Of a stretch of 64,000 nucleotides of DNA, positions 63,150 through 64,000 are shown piece after piece (positions within the stretch are counted from its first letter, which is position 1; every line of letters starts with the position of its first letter). Position numbers and translations under genes: made by a program. Source of the DNA: Octopus sinensis (lineage: Eukaryota); the NCBI RefSeq assembly GCF_006345805.1, contig NC_043011.1:52402464-52466463 (forward strand). Reading direction: 5' to 3'. Below the pieces are notes generated by a model. That model saw only the letters and a list, made by a program, of their open reading frames with translations, was not told the origin of the DNA and ran no database searches.

Positions 63150-63470
63150 GGATTATTATTATTCTAATTTGCATGTTTGATGCAATCACTTGCAGGGACA
63201 CACCCAGCATCCTAGGGCAAGTGAAGGTTAAAAGATATTGAAATATAACTGAAAGCTTGGGTGGGGGTGGAATTGGTGGAGGGTAGTACAGAAATACATT
63301 CATATAATAGAACACAAACATTGAAATTGATAGGGTTTTTATAAGGATGTAGGCAGTACTTGTTAGTACAATCTTTTGGATTTCTTTGAGATATGGCTCT
63401 CCTGGGATGTTGTTTAGATGTTTCTGACATCCCTTTTTTATCATTCCTAGGGGACCTACAATGTCAAATT
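63150..63470 (-). mobile_element. R4/Dong-like (RLE) non-LTR retrotransposon 3' fragment
   Basis: MIKKGCQKHLNNIPGEPYLKEIQKIVLTSTAYIL.K.LS followed by an (AAT)n tail. Confidence 0.65.
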
Positions 63471-64000
63471 TTTTTACAGATATGTCTTTATCAGTGGGAG
63501 CACATATCTATCAGTCTACAAATATTTTCTTCTCTGTCTTTAATAATTATATTTTGTTAATTAGCCTGGAGTGTTCTGTCTGTGTTGACTGGAAAATCCC
63601 AGTAGGTGATGACATTTTTACTTCCAACAACAGATTCAGGATGGTGTTCATACCAGTCAGCAGGAGTGTTGATTTTCTAATGCTTGCATATTTTCCAATG
63701 TAAACACTGTCCTAACCTATTGTAGTGAATTTTGTATTCATTTGATGTTAGCACAGGACATCCCAAAATGAGATACTCTTTACTCTTTTACTTGTTTCAG
63801 TCATTTGACTGTGGCCATGCTGGAGCACCACCTTTAGTCGAGCAAATCGACCCCGGGACTTATTCTTAGTAAGCCCAGTACTTATTCTATTGGTCTCTTT
63901 TGCCGAACTGCTAAGTGACGGGGACGTAAACACATCAGCATCGGTTGTCAAGCAATGCTAGGGGGACAAACACAGACACACAAACAAACACACATACATA

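Noticed and set aside
63260-63290. G-rich tract as a G-quadruplex
   Set aside because: It has fewer than four G3 runs and lies within a retroelement 3' UTR remnant.

Overview
AT-rich, repeat-dense animal genomic DNA. The SINE families point to a coleoid cephalopod, probably Octopus (inferred, not database-checked). There are two divergently oriented host genes. An intronless SFT2D3-like Got1/Sft2 vesicle-transport gene lies on the minus strand (1274-1945). A NEK10 kinase gene on the plus strand was hand-assembled into 31 coding exons (9752-61941); all splice phases are compatible and the CDS is 3588 nt, about 1195 aa, with ARM repeats, a kinase domain and the NEK10 C-terminal motifs. A full-length antisense CsRn1-clade-like Ty3/Gypsy LTR retrotransposon (28316-33644) sits in what was a 225-nt NEK10 intron. 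It has identical 418-bp LTRs, an ATTC target-site duplication, a tRNA-Trp-type PBS and a CHCC Gag motif. Introns also hold tRNA-derived SINEs, CR1, RTE, RTE-X, R4-like and Penelope-like fragments, mariner, hAT, piggyBac-type MITEs, Helitron pieces, foldback elements and microsatellites. Most notable are three short elements carrying minimal type I hammerhead-ribozyme folds with different core variants, including a U3:A8 compensatory one. There are also long foldbacks bracketing NEK10 exon 5 and an RFX X-box-like cluster at the likely NEK10 promoter. No CRISPR array, rRNA or true tRNA gene was seen.
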